This document shows positions 29,614 through 38,920 of a stretch of 64,000 nucleotides of DNA, in pieces (position 1 is the first letter of the stretch; the number at the start of each line of letters is the position of its first letter). The stretch is from Candidatus Bathyarchaeia archaeon. Its GTDB lineage: Archaea; Thermoproteota; Bathyarchaeia; Bathyarchaeales; Bathycorpusculaceae. The notes below the pieces were generated by a model. The model was not told the DNA's origin and did not search any database. It saw only the letters and a program-made list of their open reading frames with translations. The DNA is taken from positions 108,498-172,497 of the forward strand of contig JBEKKK010000004.1 in assembly GCA_050010755.1 (NCBI GenBank), in the 5' to 3' direction. Both the position numbers and the translations under genes were made by a program.

Positions 29614-32118
29614 CTATTTTTGTTCTTTCCTCTTTAGCATATTCTCCAAGAGCGGTCGCATCTTGGCGTTTTCTGCTTGTATCTTCTCCTTGCCTAGAGC
29701 TTGCATTTGCGAGGTTATTTCTTTCACGACTTCTGCGAACTTGATGCCTTCGGCCGCTGAGACGTATTCTACGCGAAGTCTCTCCGGGCTCATGCCGAGT
29801 TTCTGCAGCATCGGGGCCAACGCGTCCATTCGGGCCTTCATCTTGTAGTTTCCGCTGATGTAGTGGCAGTCGTAGGGTAGGTGGCAGGCACCGACCATGA
29901 CCATGCCTGCGCCCAGCCTGAATGCTTCAAGGACAAAGTCTCGATCGACTCTTCCTGAGCACATGACTCTGATGGGTCTTATTACAGAGGGATATTCGAA
30001 TCTGCTCGTGCCGGCGAGGTCGGCGCCGGCGTAGCTGCACCAGTTGCAGAGGAACGCCAGTATCTTGCCCTCCGCGTTTGTTTCCAGCGCCGCTCTTATC
30101 TGGGACATTATCTGCGCGTCCGTGAAGTGTTTCTGAGTTATCGCGTCAGCCGGGCATTCGGCGACGCATGTGCCGCAGCCGTGACACATTGCGCTCATCG
30201 TCTGTGCAACTTGGCCCTCGGGTGCAGTGATGGCGCTGTAGGGGCAGGCTTTGGCGCAAAGGCCGCATTTCACTTTGGTGTTGCGGCATTTTGCTGGGTC
30301 AACCACTGCCACGATGGGCTGGATTTTGTAAGTAGGTTTGGAGAGGATTGTTGATGCTCTTGCCGCCGTTCCCATGCCTTGAGAAACGCTGTAGGGTACG
30401 TCTTTTGGTCCTTGGCATCCTCCCGCGACGAAGACTCCGTCTGACGGCGTGTCTATGGGTTTCAGCTTGGGGTGACTTTCCATGAAGAAGCCGTCGCTTC
30501 CGCGGCTGATGTTGAAAACCCTTGCAACTTCTTCCGAACCTTGACTCGGCAGGGCGGCTGTCGCCAACACGACCATGTCGCTTTCGACTTCGACGGGTGT
30601 GCCGTCTTCTTTTTCTGCACACACTGCGAGTTTCTTTGTTTTCGGGTTTTCGCTCACGTTTCTGTTGGTCAGTTTGACGCGAATGAAGTTGATGCCCAGT
30701 TGCTGGGCCTTCCTGAACAGTTCCTCGTAGCCTTTTCTGTTGGCACGCATGTCCGTGTACAACACGTTGATTTTCAGTTTGTCGCGGTATTTTTCTTTGA
30801 GGAATACGGCGCTCTTAAGTGTGAGCATGCAGCAGAAGCCTGAGCAGTATTCGTACTTGTTCACGTCCCTGGAACCCACGCACTGAATGTATGTGATGCT
30901 CTCGGGCGTCTTGCCGTCCGAAGGTTTCCGCAGTTCTCCAAGGATCTGGGTGTTTGTGTCTATTATTCTCTCAAGCTGCAATGCTGTTATGACATCCTTG
31001 TACTTGCCGAAGCCGTAGTTCGGTAGGTCGTAAGGCTCATAAATGTCGTATCCCGTGGCGACGACCATGCAGCCGACTTCGAGCTTCTCCTCTAAGGGCT
31101 CCTGCGTGAAGTTCACGGCGCCTTCGGGACAGATTTCTTGACATTTCTTGCAGCTTCCGTCCTTGAAGTAAAGGCAAGTTTCCTTGTCGATTGTGTACGT
31201 GTTTGGTGTGGCATAGGCGAATGGTAGGTAGATGGCCTTGCGTTTTCTCATTCCGGCGTCAAACTTGTTCAGTGTTTCAACGGGACAGACTTCGGCGCAC
31301 TTGCCGCAGCTTGTGCACTTGTTCTCGTCAACGAACCGCGGCCTTCTCGTGATGTTGGCCTTGTAGCTTCCTATTACGCCTTCAACGTGTTTGACGTCGG
31401 TGTACGCGAGCAGCTTGATATTCGGGTGAACGGCCACGGCTCCGATTCTCGTGGCCACGCATGAAAACCTTGGGCAGTGAATCTGCTGCGGACAGTTTGA
31501 ACACTCGAAGACTGGAAAGCTCTTTCCTAGCTGAGCCATGTGACCGCCTATTATTTCGGCTCGGTCTACCAGGTAGACTTGATAACCCATTTCTGCAAGG
31601 TCGAGCGCTGAGCTCGCGCCTGCGACTCCTGCGCCAACGACCAACGCCTTGTTGGTAACTGGAACCTCTATGACGTCCAGTGGTTCAAGGAGTCTTACTT
31701 TCGCGACCGCCATCTTTACGAGTTCTTTGGCTTTTTCAGTCGCCTCTTTGGGAGCGTTTTGATGGCACCAGGAAGCAAACTCGCGGATGTTGGCCATTTC
31801 ATACACGAAGGCGTTCAGCCCAGCTTCGGACACGGTCCTGCGAAAGGTAGGTTCGTGCATTCTAGGCGAGCATGCGGCAACCACAACGCGGTTCAGTTTG
31901 TATTCTCTGATGCCTTTTCGAATTTCCTCCTGGCCTGGATCGGCACAAGTGTAACGGTTCGTCTTAACATAGACGACGTTCGGGAGTTTGCGGGCGTATT
32001 CAGCCACTTCTTCAACGTCCACGGTGCCAGCGATGTTGAGCCCGCAGTAACAAACGTAGACGCCTATGCGAGGCTCTTCTGCCTTTGCCGGGACGGCTGT
32101 GCTAGTTTGCCCGCTCAA
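29614..32118 (-). CDS. hdrA: HdrA-MvhD fusion (flavin/Fe-S electron-bifurcating protein)
   Basis: GVYVCYCG, ACSPRMH, GAGVAG, CVGSR...CSGFCC, ferredoxin motifs, then MvhD 'FLCNWCSYAGAD...MCSGRV...DCHY'; TTG overlaps the upstream TGA. Confidence 0.9.
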   Translation of the reverse strand: MSGQTSTAVPAKAEEPRIGVYVCYCGLNIAGTVDVEEVAEYARKLPNVVYVKTNRYTCADPGQEEIRKGIREYKLNRVVVAACSPRMHEPTFRRTVSEAGLNAFVYEMANIREFASWCHQNAPKEATEKAKELVKMAVAKVRLLEPLDVIEVPVTNKALVVGAGVAGASSALDLAEMGYQVYLVDRAEIIGGHMAQLGKSFPVFECSNCPQQIHCPRFSCVATRIGAVAVHPNIKLLAYTDVKHVEGVIGSYKANITRRPRFVDENKCTSCGKCAEVCPVETLNKFDAGMRKRKAIYLPFAYATPNTYTIDKETCLYFKDGSCKKCQEICPEGAVNFTQEPLEEKLEVGCMVVATGYDIYEPYDLPNYGFGKYKDVITALQLERIIDTNTQILGELRKPSDGKTPESITYIQCVGSRDVNKYEYCSGFCCMLTLKSAVFLKEKYRDKLKINVLYTDMRANRKGYEELFRKAQQLGINFIRVKLTNRNVSENPKTKKLAVCAEKEDGTPVEVESDMVVLATAALPSQGSEEVARVFNISRGSDGFFMESHPKLKPIDTPSDGVFVAGGCQGPKDVPYSVSQGMGTAARASTILSKPTYKIQPIVAVVDPAKCRNTKVKCGLCAKACPYSAITAPEGQVAQTMSAMCHGCGTCVAECPADAITQKHFTDAQIMSQIRAALETNAEGKILAFLCNWCSYAGADLAGTSRFEYPSVIRPIRVMCSGRVDRDFVLEAFRLGAGMVMVGACHLPYDCHYISGNYKMKARMDALAPMLQKLGMSPERLRVEYVSAAEGIKFAEVVKEITSQMQALGKEKIQAENAKMRPLLENMLKRKEQK

Positions 32119-34163
32119 GTTTTTCTCGACCCCTTCTTCATCACTGCCTGAATTTGGGCCACAATCTGGCAATCAGAATAGTTCGGCATGGTTACGGCGT
32201 CCATTGGACAGGCGGAGCTGCAGATTCCGCAGCCTCGGCACAGACCTTCGGTGACCTTGGCAACGGATTTCTCCCCTTTTTTTTCAACTTTAATCGCGTG
32301 GTAGCCGCAGGCTGATTCGCAGACCCTGCAGCCGCTGCAAAGATCCTCGTTCACTCTTGCAACGAGTGGCTCAACCGGCCACGATTTCTTTCCCAGAACT
32401 GAAGCGGCTTGAGCCGCTGCGGCGCTTCCTTGAGCGACACTGTAGGGTATGTCTTTCAGGCCTTGGCATGCGCCCGCAAGGAATATGCCTGGCACCTCGG
32501 TGTCGGTTGGTCTTATCTTAGGCTGACATTCCTTGAAGAATCCGTCCTTGTCCAGGGGTATGTTGAGGATTTTTGCCAGTTCGGCCGTTGTCGGTGCCGG
32601 GATGGCCGCGTTCGCGAGCACTACCATTTCTGCGTGTACGGAGACGGGTTTGCCGTCTTCGGTTTCGGCGCAGACTGTGAGGTTTTTGGTTTGCGGGTCT
32701 TCTGTTATTCTTCGGTTTTCAAGTTTGACTCTTATGAATTTGACTCCGGATTTCTGGGCCCTGTTGAAGAATTCTTCGTAGCCTTTGAAGTTGCTTCTCA
32801 TGTCGTTGTACAAGACGTAGACGTCGATGGCGTCCCTGTACTTCTCCTTGAGCATGACCGAGTGTTTGAGAGTGTACATGCAGCAGAAGCCTGAGCAGTA
32901 TTCGTATCTGTTGATGTCGCGAGAGCCTACGCATTGCATGAAGGCTACGGAGTGAGGTTTCTGTGCGTCTGATGCTCGAATCACCTTTCCGCCTGTTGGG
33001 CCAGCTGCGAGTATGAGCCTCTCGAACTCCATTGCGGTGAACACGTTCGAGAACTTGCCGTAGCCAGTCCACGTCAAGTCTTTGGGATCGTACATGCTGT
33101 AGCCAACGGTTACAACTATCGCGCCGACGTTGACGTCGATCTCTTCGGGCTTCTGGTCAAAGTTTATTGCCTCTCGGGCTCCGCAGGCGTCGACGCACTT
33201 GTAGCATTCGATGCAATAGTCGCGGTTAATAGTGTGCGTAAGCGGGACAGCTTGGCCGAACGGGATGGATATAGCCTTTCTCGCGCCAAGGTACAAGTCC
33301 GCATAGTTGGGGTATTCTATTGGGCAGGCGTCTCTACATTCACCGCAGCCAGTGCAGTTTGCCGCAATGACGTAACGGGGGTTTTTGCGGATTTTGACGT
33401 TGAAGTTGCCGACGTATCCTTCGACTTTCAGCACGTCGGCGTAAGAGATTATTTCTATGTTGGGGTGTCTGCCGACGTCAACCATTTTGGGGCCTTCGAT
33501 GCATATGCTGCAGTCGAGTGTTGGAAACGTCTTGTCCAGCAGTGCCATGACTCCGCCTATGGTTTCCGTTTTTTCAACCATGTAGACCTTGAAGCCCATG
33601 TCGGCAAGGTCCAGAGCGGCGTTGATTCCCGCGATGCCTCCGCCGATAACCATGACCTTCTTTGTCATGGGCAGTTCTATGGGCTTCAACGGTTCGAGAA
33701 GTCTTGCTTTTGCAACGGCCATTCTTACAGTATCCTTTGCCTTCTGGTTTGCCTCTTCAGGCATGGTTTGGTTACAGTAGGATGTAAACTCTCGGATGTT
33801 CGCCATTTCAAAGAGCCATGGGTTTAGCTCTGCCCTAGACACGCAGCTTTGGAAGGTCGGTTCGTAGAGTCTCGGTGAACAACCGGCCACGACGACGCGG
33901 TCTAACTTGCTGTTCTTTATGGCGGCTACTATTTCGTCCTGGCCTTGACGGCTGCAGGGATAACTCATGCTCTCAGCGTGCACCACGTTGGGCAGGGTCT
34001 GGGCATACTTTGCTAGAGCGTCAACATCTATTATCGAGGCTATGTTAGAGCCGCACTGGCAGACAAAGACTCCGATTCTCGGGCTTTCCGTCTCGGGCCC
34101 GGCTTTCTTCTGTCTGGGCTTTGGTTTTTCTCTGGCAGTGCTCTTCATGGGTTTCTTAGACAT
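32115..34163 (-). CDS. hdrA: Heterodisulfide reductase subunit A
   Basis: GVFVCQCG, GGGIAG, KTFPTLDCSIC, CVGSR...CSGFCC, inserted and C-terminal ferredoxin domains. Confidence 0.93.
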   Translation of the reverse strand: MSKKPMKSTAREKPKPRQKKAGPETESPRIGVFVCQCGSNIASIIDVDALAKYAQTLPNVVHAESMSYPCSRQGQDEIVAAIKNSKLDRVVVAGCSPRLYEPTFQSCVSRAELNPWLFEMANIREFTSYCNQTMPEEANQKAKDTVRMAVAKARLLEPLKPIELPMTKKVMVIGGGIAGINAALDLADMGFKVYMVEKTETIGGVMALLDKTFPTLDCSICIEGPKMVDVGRHPNIEIISYADVLKVEGYVGNFNVKIRKNPRYVIAANCTGCGECRDACPIEYPNYADLYLGARKAISIPFGQAVPLTHTINRDYCIECYKCVDACGAREAINFDQKPEEIDVNVGAIVVTVGYSMYDPKDLTWTGYGKFSNVFTAMEFERLILAAGPTGGKVIRASDAQKPHSVAFMQCVGSRDINRYEYCSGFCCMYTLKHSVMLKEKYRDAIDVYVLYNDMRSNFKGYEEFFNRAQKSGVKFIRVKLENRRITEDPQTKNLTVCAETEDGKPVSVHAEMVVLANAAIPAPTTAELAKILNIPLDKDGFFKECQPKIRPTDTEVPGIFLAGACQGLKDIPYSVAQGSAAAAQAASVLGKKSWPVEPLVARVNEDLCSGCRVCESACGYHAIKVEKKGEKSVAKVTEGLCRGCGICSSACPMDAVTMPNYSDCQIVAQIQAVMKKGSRKT

Positions 34164-35097
34164 TCTGCTCCTCCTTCAGGCCCATTCTCTTCTTAACGGA
34201 TTCTCTCGCCTTCAGAGAACGCTTGGCTTTCAGTTCTTTGGTCATGTCGGTTGGCGAAGTCAGTCTTTCCAGAGCCTTGTTCCAAGCTCCCGAACGGACT
34301 GCCGTATGGTGGATGTGAGTTCGCTTGAAATCAAGCGCTTTATCAACCGGACAGACGATTTTGCAGGCTCCGCAGTAGACGCAGAACATTTCGTTTTCGT
34401 GTACCTTCTTGTCACTGTCAGAAAGGTAGAGTGCACCTGTAATCGGACAGACGTCCAGACAGTCTGTGCATCCTTCGGGACAATTTTCGCGTCTGATAGC
34501 GAGCTTCCCTGAAAAAATTCTGCGCACGTGCATTGCGCCCTGCGGAAGCTTTGCTTCGCATATCCCGCAGCATGGACAATGCTCCTTGTCGACTTCAACC
34601 TTCATCCTGAGCGCATTCAGTTCGGAACTGCTCAGAGAACGGGGGTCTTCCACCAGTTTTCCTTCGGGAGTCGAATACTGGACTCTTATTAGGTTGATGG
34701 GGCAAACATTCTCGCTTTTGCTAGGATCCACAGGGAACTTGGTGGCGTCAACTTTGACGTCGCGGATTAGCTGAGGAAAGCTTTCCTTGTCAAGAACTGA
34801 TAGAAGGTGCTTTCCGTCAACGGTTACGGAAATCGCCCCGTACGGGCAAGAAATGTCGCAAATCCCGCAGAAGTTGCATTTGGATAGGTCAACATCGACT
34901 CTGGCCTTTCGGGCTTTCTCTCCGAGGGCTTTTGGTTGTTTTTCTATTCTGATTGCTTCTTTCGGACAGGCAAGACTGCAGATTTGGCAACCGACGCACC
35001 TGTTCTTGTCAAGGTTGAGCCTGTAATTCTTAACCTGCATAACCCACTCTAGACAGAGTTCCTTCGCCGTGTCTCTCTTCAGCCTTTGAAACGGCAT
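34156..35097 (-). CDS. Polyferredoxin, FwdF-like
   Basis: Multiple CxxCxxC...CP motifs including a CPEGCTDCLDVCP-type motif. Confidence 0.75.
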   Translation of the reverse strand: MPFQRLKRDTAKELCLEWVMQVKNYRLNLDKNRCVGCQICSLACPKEAIRIEKQPKALGEKARKARVDVDLSKCNFCGICDISCPYGAISVTVDGKHLLSVLDKESFPQLIRDVKVDATKFPVDPSKSENVCPINLIRVQYSTPEGKLVEDPRSLSSSELNALRMKVEVDKEHCPCCGICEAKLPQGAMHVRRIFSGKLAIRRENCPEGCTDCLDVCPITGALYLSDSDKKVHENEMFCVYCGACKIVCPVDKALDFKRTHIHHTAVRSGAWNKALERLTSPTDMTKELKAKRSLKARESVKKRMGLKEEQNV

Positions 35098-35477
35098 TAG
35101 TCAACGCGCCCTCCAATCTCCATGCAACAGAGATCATGACCGAACATTCCAGATGCAGAACCGCTGAACATCATTAACGAGTGATCCTTCCTTGTGGAAT
35201 GGTTTGTGAGGTCAAACTCTTAATATAAACTACTATGCCCAGAATTAAATTGCAGTTGCCATCCACAGATACATTCTTCTCCCTCATAGGTTTACCCCTC
35301 AACCTTTGCGGCAACATTGCGTAAGTTTTTCATGGGTAATAAGGATTACTAGATATCATGAACAAAAACATCATAACAACTAAAGAACCAAAGAAACGTA
35401 ACTGTGCCATGAAGCAAGTTTACTATTTTGTTTGTTTTCCTTGGTTCTTACTCCGTCTGAGCAAATCAAATATCGTG

Positions 35478-36029
35478 CTATGCTTTGGTGCAGACTGCCA
35501 CGTAACACTTCAAGCCTTTATCCCTCATTACTATGATGTTTAAGCCTGCGTTCTTCAATGTCTTTTGAAGTTTGTTTTTCGTGAAGATTTTCTTCAAGCC
35601 TGTGACGACTATCAACGCGTTGTCTTTGACCATGCGTCTAATTTCGTTCAGCGTTTCAGTCTGACTAGGCACGTTCTGAATAACGGTGACCGCGAAAGCC
35701 CTGTCAAATACTTTGTCTTTCAGGGGCATGTGGTCTGCGTCTGCACAGACCAGATGCACGTTTGGATGATTCCTGGCACGTTCCTTCGCCTTAAGCAGAG
35801 TTTTTGAGGAAACATCTACGCCGACGGTCATCGCTGCTTTGTCGGCGACGTAACCGAGCAAGATTCCTGTTCCGCATCCAACGTCCAGCACCGTCTGTGC
35901 TTTAACTTCAACGTGTCTGAGTGCAGCCTCAATCTTCGCAGCTTGTTCCTCTGCGTATCGGGTATCGTAGATTTGCGCCGTGGCATCATAACGTCGCATG
36001 ATGTCTCGTTTTTTCTCCCAAGCAATCAT
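35478..36029 (-). CDS. Class I SAM-dependent methyltransferase
   Basis: VLDVGCGTG and 'CADADHMP' motifs. Confidence 0.88.
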   Translation of the reverse strand: MIAWEKKRDIMRRYDATAQIYDTRYAEEQAAKIEAALRHVEVKAQTVLDVGCGTGILLGYVADKAAMTVGVDVSSKTLLKAKERARNHPNVHLVCADADHMPLKDKVFDRAFAVTVIQNVPSQTETLNEIRRMVKDNALIVVTGLKKIFTKNKLQKTLKNAGLNIIVMRDKGLKCYVAVCTKA

Positions 36030-36075
36030 CGCAAGCCTTCAGAAATCTTATGAGTTAACATGTCTTCTAAGGGTA

Positions 36076-36882
36076 TTGGCGAAAGACGCTTTGTCAGGTT
36101 TCAGGCCTTTAACGGTCTTGGTTGAGCCGAATGCTTCGCAGGCTGAAGAGGTCGCAAAAATGGCGATTTCCAGCCATAGGATACTGCTCGTTATCGGGAA
36201 GTGTTCAGTCGATTATGTTGGCAGGGCAAAGTCAAAACTCGAGCCTGGCGAACGCATCCTCATAGTGAAGGCTGACGGATCGCTCCTCGTTCACCGTTCA
36301 ACGGGTTATGAACCGGTCAACTGGATGCCCGGAGGCAACGTCATCTTCCACATTCAAAGCAGAGAACAGACACTGGAGATACGGGCTGTGAGGCAAAAGC
36401 CCTCAGAATCCGTCAGAATCGTTTTTGATGCCATTCGGCTGGTCACAGAGTTGAGTCTCTTGGACGCCGCAGAATTCTCGCTGTATTCGAGCGAAGAGGA
36501 CATGCAGAAGGCCGTGCTGCTAAAGCCTGAGCTGTTAGAAGAAGGGTTCAAAGTCATAAGCTGGGAAAAAAAGGTTGAACCGGGCTTCATCGACGTGTAC
36601 GGTACAGATAAGGATGGGAGACTTGTCGTCGTGGAGATTAAGCGGAGAACGGCTGGGAAAGACGCGGTGCTTCAACTGGCCAAGTACATGGAAGCGATCA
36701 AAAGCAGAGCAGATCGCGAAGTGAGAGGAATACTCGCATCCCCTGACATCGCAAAGGACGTTCAAAGACTGCTGGCAACGTTCGGCTTAGAATACAAACA
36801 TCTGGACCCACGAAAGTGCGCCGAAACACTCCGCCGAGCCGAAAACAGAAAATTGGCAGAGTACTTCGAAAACACAAACTAG
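36076..36882 (+). CDS. nucS: Endonuclease NucS/EndoMS
   Basis: YVGRA, KADGSLLVH, PVNW, SEEDM, ID...D...VVEIKR and QLAKY motifs; C-terminal PIP-like 'NRKLAEYF'; start uncertain. Confidence 0.93.
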   Translation: MAKDALSGFRPLTVLVEPNASQAEEVAKMAISSHRILLVIGKCSVDYVGRAKSKLEPGERILIVKADGSLLVHRSTGYEPVNWMPGGNVIFHIQSREQTLEIRAVRQKPSESVRIVFDAIRLVTELSLLDAAEFSLYSSEEDMQKAVLLKPELLEEGFKVISWEKKVEPGFIDVYGTDKDGRLVVVEIKRRTAGKDAVLQLAKYMEAIKSRADREVRGILASPDIAKDVQRLLATFGLEYKHLDPRKCAETLRRAENRKLAEYFENTN

Positions 36883-37096
36883 CTGTTAGGTCCCTCGAAA
36901 AATTCTTCTTTTCTCCACTTATCAGTTCAAGGGAGGCAAAAAGATTCAGGTTAGACTGGTAATTGTGGCGCATCATGGCTTTCATCTGAATTTAGATACT
37001 CTTGAACAAATTGTTTATAAGGATGAACGTAGAGGATAGATTCAGCGTGTAAGAAGTAGTTTTCTGCACAGCAAATGGTAAGGAGTTGAAAAGTTA

Positions 37097-37234
37097 ATGT
37101 ATGAGAAAGAGATGCATAAGGCAGTCTGCGCTGATTGTGGAAAGGAATGCGAAGTTCCCTTCAAACCCGACGGAAGCAGACCGGTTTACTGCCGAGAATG
37201 TTATGCTAAGCGAAGACCGCCGCGCCGGTACTAG
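37097..37234 (+). CDS. CxxC-x17-CxxC zinc-ribbon small protein (45 aa), absent from the ORF track
   Basis: MYEKEMHKAVCADCGKECEVPFKPDGSRPVYCRECYAKRRPPRRY; AGGAG SD; T-rich tract downstream. Confidence 0.9.
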   Translation: MYEKEMHKAVCADCGKECEVPFKPDGSRPVYCRECYAKRRPPRRY

Positions 37235-37866
37235 ATTATAAGCTAACATCTTTACAGATTTCAAATTACCTTTCTTTTTTTATTATTAACACATTTTAGA
37301 AACAGCCATTTTCTTCGTCCCCATCCATTTTCTAGACGAGGAGACGAAAGGCTAGAAGGAGAGGAATAGAATTACGTCTGTTATTTTGCCCTGCAAACCT
37401 GCCGAAGGAGAGTTGTTTCGAGGACGAGCATGCTCGATTGTGTAGAGGTTGCTTCTCGTCTTTATCTGTGGGTTGTGACAAGGTGTGGACAGCTGGTGCT
37501 AAAAAGCCAGAACGTCGCACAAAGTTCAGTGGGTTTCGATCTTTTGCAGGCTATCTTGCTCCTTTTTTTCAACGGAAGGCTGCAATCATAATGTTTGGTT
37601 TTTCGTTTTTTCGCTTTAGGCATACAGATCCATTGTTAATTGCGCTTTTTCCGTTTTTAAGATGTCAGAATCATGAATTCTTAGTGTAAATACTGACTGC
37701 ATCTTCATTTTAAGCAACCTCTATTTTCATCACGAAGCATCCCGAATACTCGACTCTGCTGTAACGTCAGTCGACGATTTGGATTACTTTCTCTTCTCTT
37801 GACAGTCCCTACCGCTATTCATAAAAGGCAGAGCGAATATTCTAGCATGAGGTTAAGAAAGGCAAG

Positions 37867-38010
37867 ATGCCCAAAGATCCTGTTTGCGGCGCAATCATGG
37901 ATGATAAGACGGCAAAATTCAAGATAACCCACGACGGAGAGACATATCACTTTTGCAGTGTGGCCTGCAAGAAGAGATTCAAGAGGCACCCGGCGAAGTT
38001 CATAAAGTAA
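37867..38010 (+). CDS. YHS/TRASH metal-binding small protein (47 aa), absent from the ORF track
   Basis: MPKDPVCGAIMDDKTAKFKITHDGETYHFCSVACKKRFKRHPAKFIK (DPVCG...YxFCSxxC signature). Confidence 0.88.
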   Translation: MPKDPVCGAIMDDKTAKFKITHDGETYHFCSVACKKRFKRHPAKFIK

Positions 38011-38152
38011 AGGAAACGTGTGCTTCAAAAAGACGCCTGACATCGACTATGTATTTTTAAGAGGAAGCGGTTTGCGTTTGCCGCGCAGGGCACGAATTGT
38101 TTGGGAAATATAAATTAGCCAGTTCGGCTTTTGCCCTTGACTGTTGATGTGT

Positions 38153-38692
38153 ATGAATCTGTGGAAGGACATCCCTGTGGGTGATGACCCGCCCGTGTTG
38201 TTGAACATGGTCATCGAGATTAGGAGCGGTTCGAGGGACAAGTATGAGTATCGGTCTGAGTGGGAAGCCTTTGTCTTGGACCGCGTTGTACCCTCATCGG
38301 TGGTTTTTCCGGTTGAGTATGGCTTTGTTCCGCAGACATGGGCCGAAGACGGTGATCCATTGGATATTATGGTGTTAAGCTATGAACCGCTGGAAGTGGG
38401 CTGCATAGTCAAGGTCAAGATGATTGGAGCCTTGGTGGTTGAGGACGAAAAAGGCGAAGACGCCAAAGTGCTCTCGGTGCCCGTGAGCGAGGCGCGATAC
38501 GACGGTTACCACGACATTACAGACGTGCATCCGCACATGCTAAGGGAGATTCAGGAGTTTTTCGAAACGTACAAACGGTTAGAGGCGCACAAGTGGGTAA
38601 GGTTTAAAGAATGGAAAAACGCCAAAGAGACAAACCAGATAGTAACTCAATCTATGGAAGCATACAGAAAAATGGTAGGACTAGGCAAGTGA
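38153..38692 (+). CDS. ppa: Inorganic pyrophosphatase, family I
   Basis: KYE, LDR, YGFVP, DGDPLD and FFETYK motifs. Confidence 0.95.
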   Translation: MNLWKDIPVGDDPPVLLNMVIEIRSGSRDKYEYRSEWEAFVLDRVVPSSVVFPVEYGFVPQTWAEDGDPLDIMVLSYEPLEVGCIVKVKMIGALVVEDEKGEDAKVLSVPVSEARYDGYHDITDVHPHMLREIQEFFETYKRLEAHKWVRFKEWKNAKETNQIVTQSMEAYRKMVGLGK

Positions 38693-38920
38693 CCCACGCT
38701 TAGACGTGCGGTAGAAAATTTAATATTTAAGATTTAACAACAAGAAAATTATGAAATGGCGCCTCTGCATTTCACTTGCAAGTTTGCCTCTAACATATCC
38801 AATATTGCTTGCCAGTTATTATGTTAGAAAAAACCTGCGCGAAGTGAACATCAAAGAGGTAATAATAAGAAACAAAGAACTATTCTAGCACACCCTCAAG
38901 CCGCCCGCATATCCGTTATT

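Noticed and set aside
8821-34163. Selenocysteine or pyrrolysine recoding in fwdB, hdrA or mvhD
   Set aside because: All the usual Sec positions are Cys codons, and no in-frame TGA/TAG interrupts these genes.
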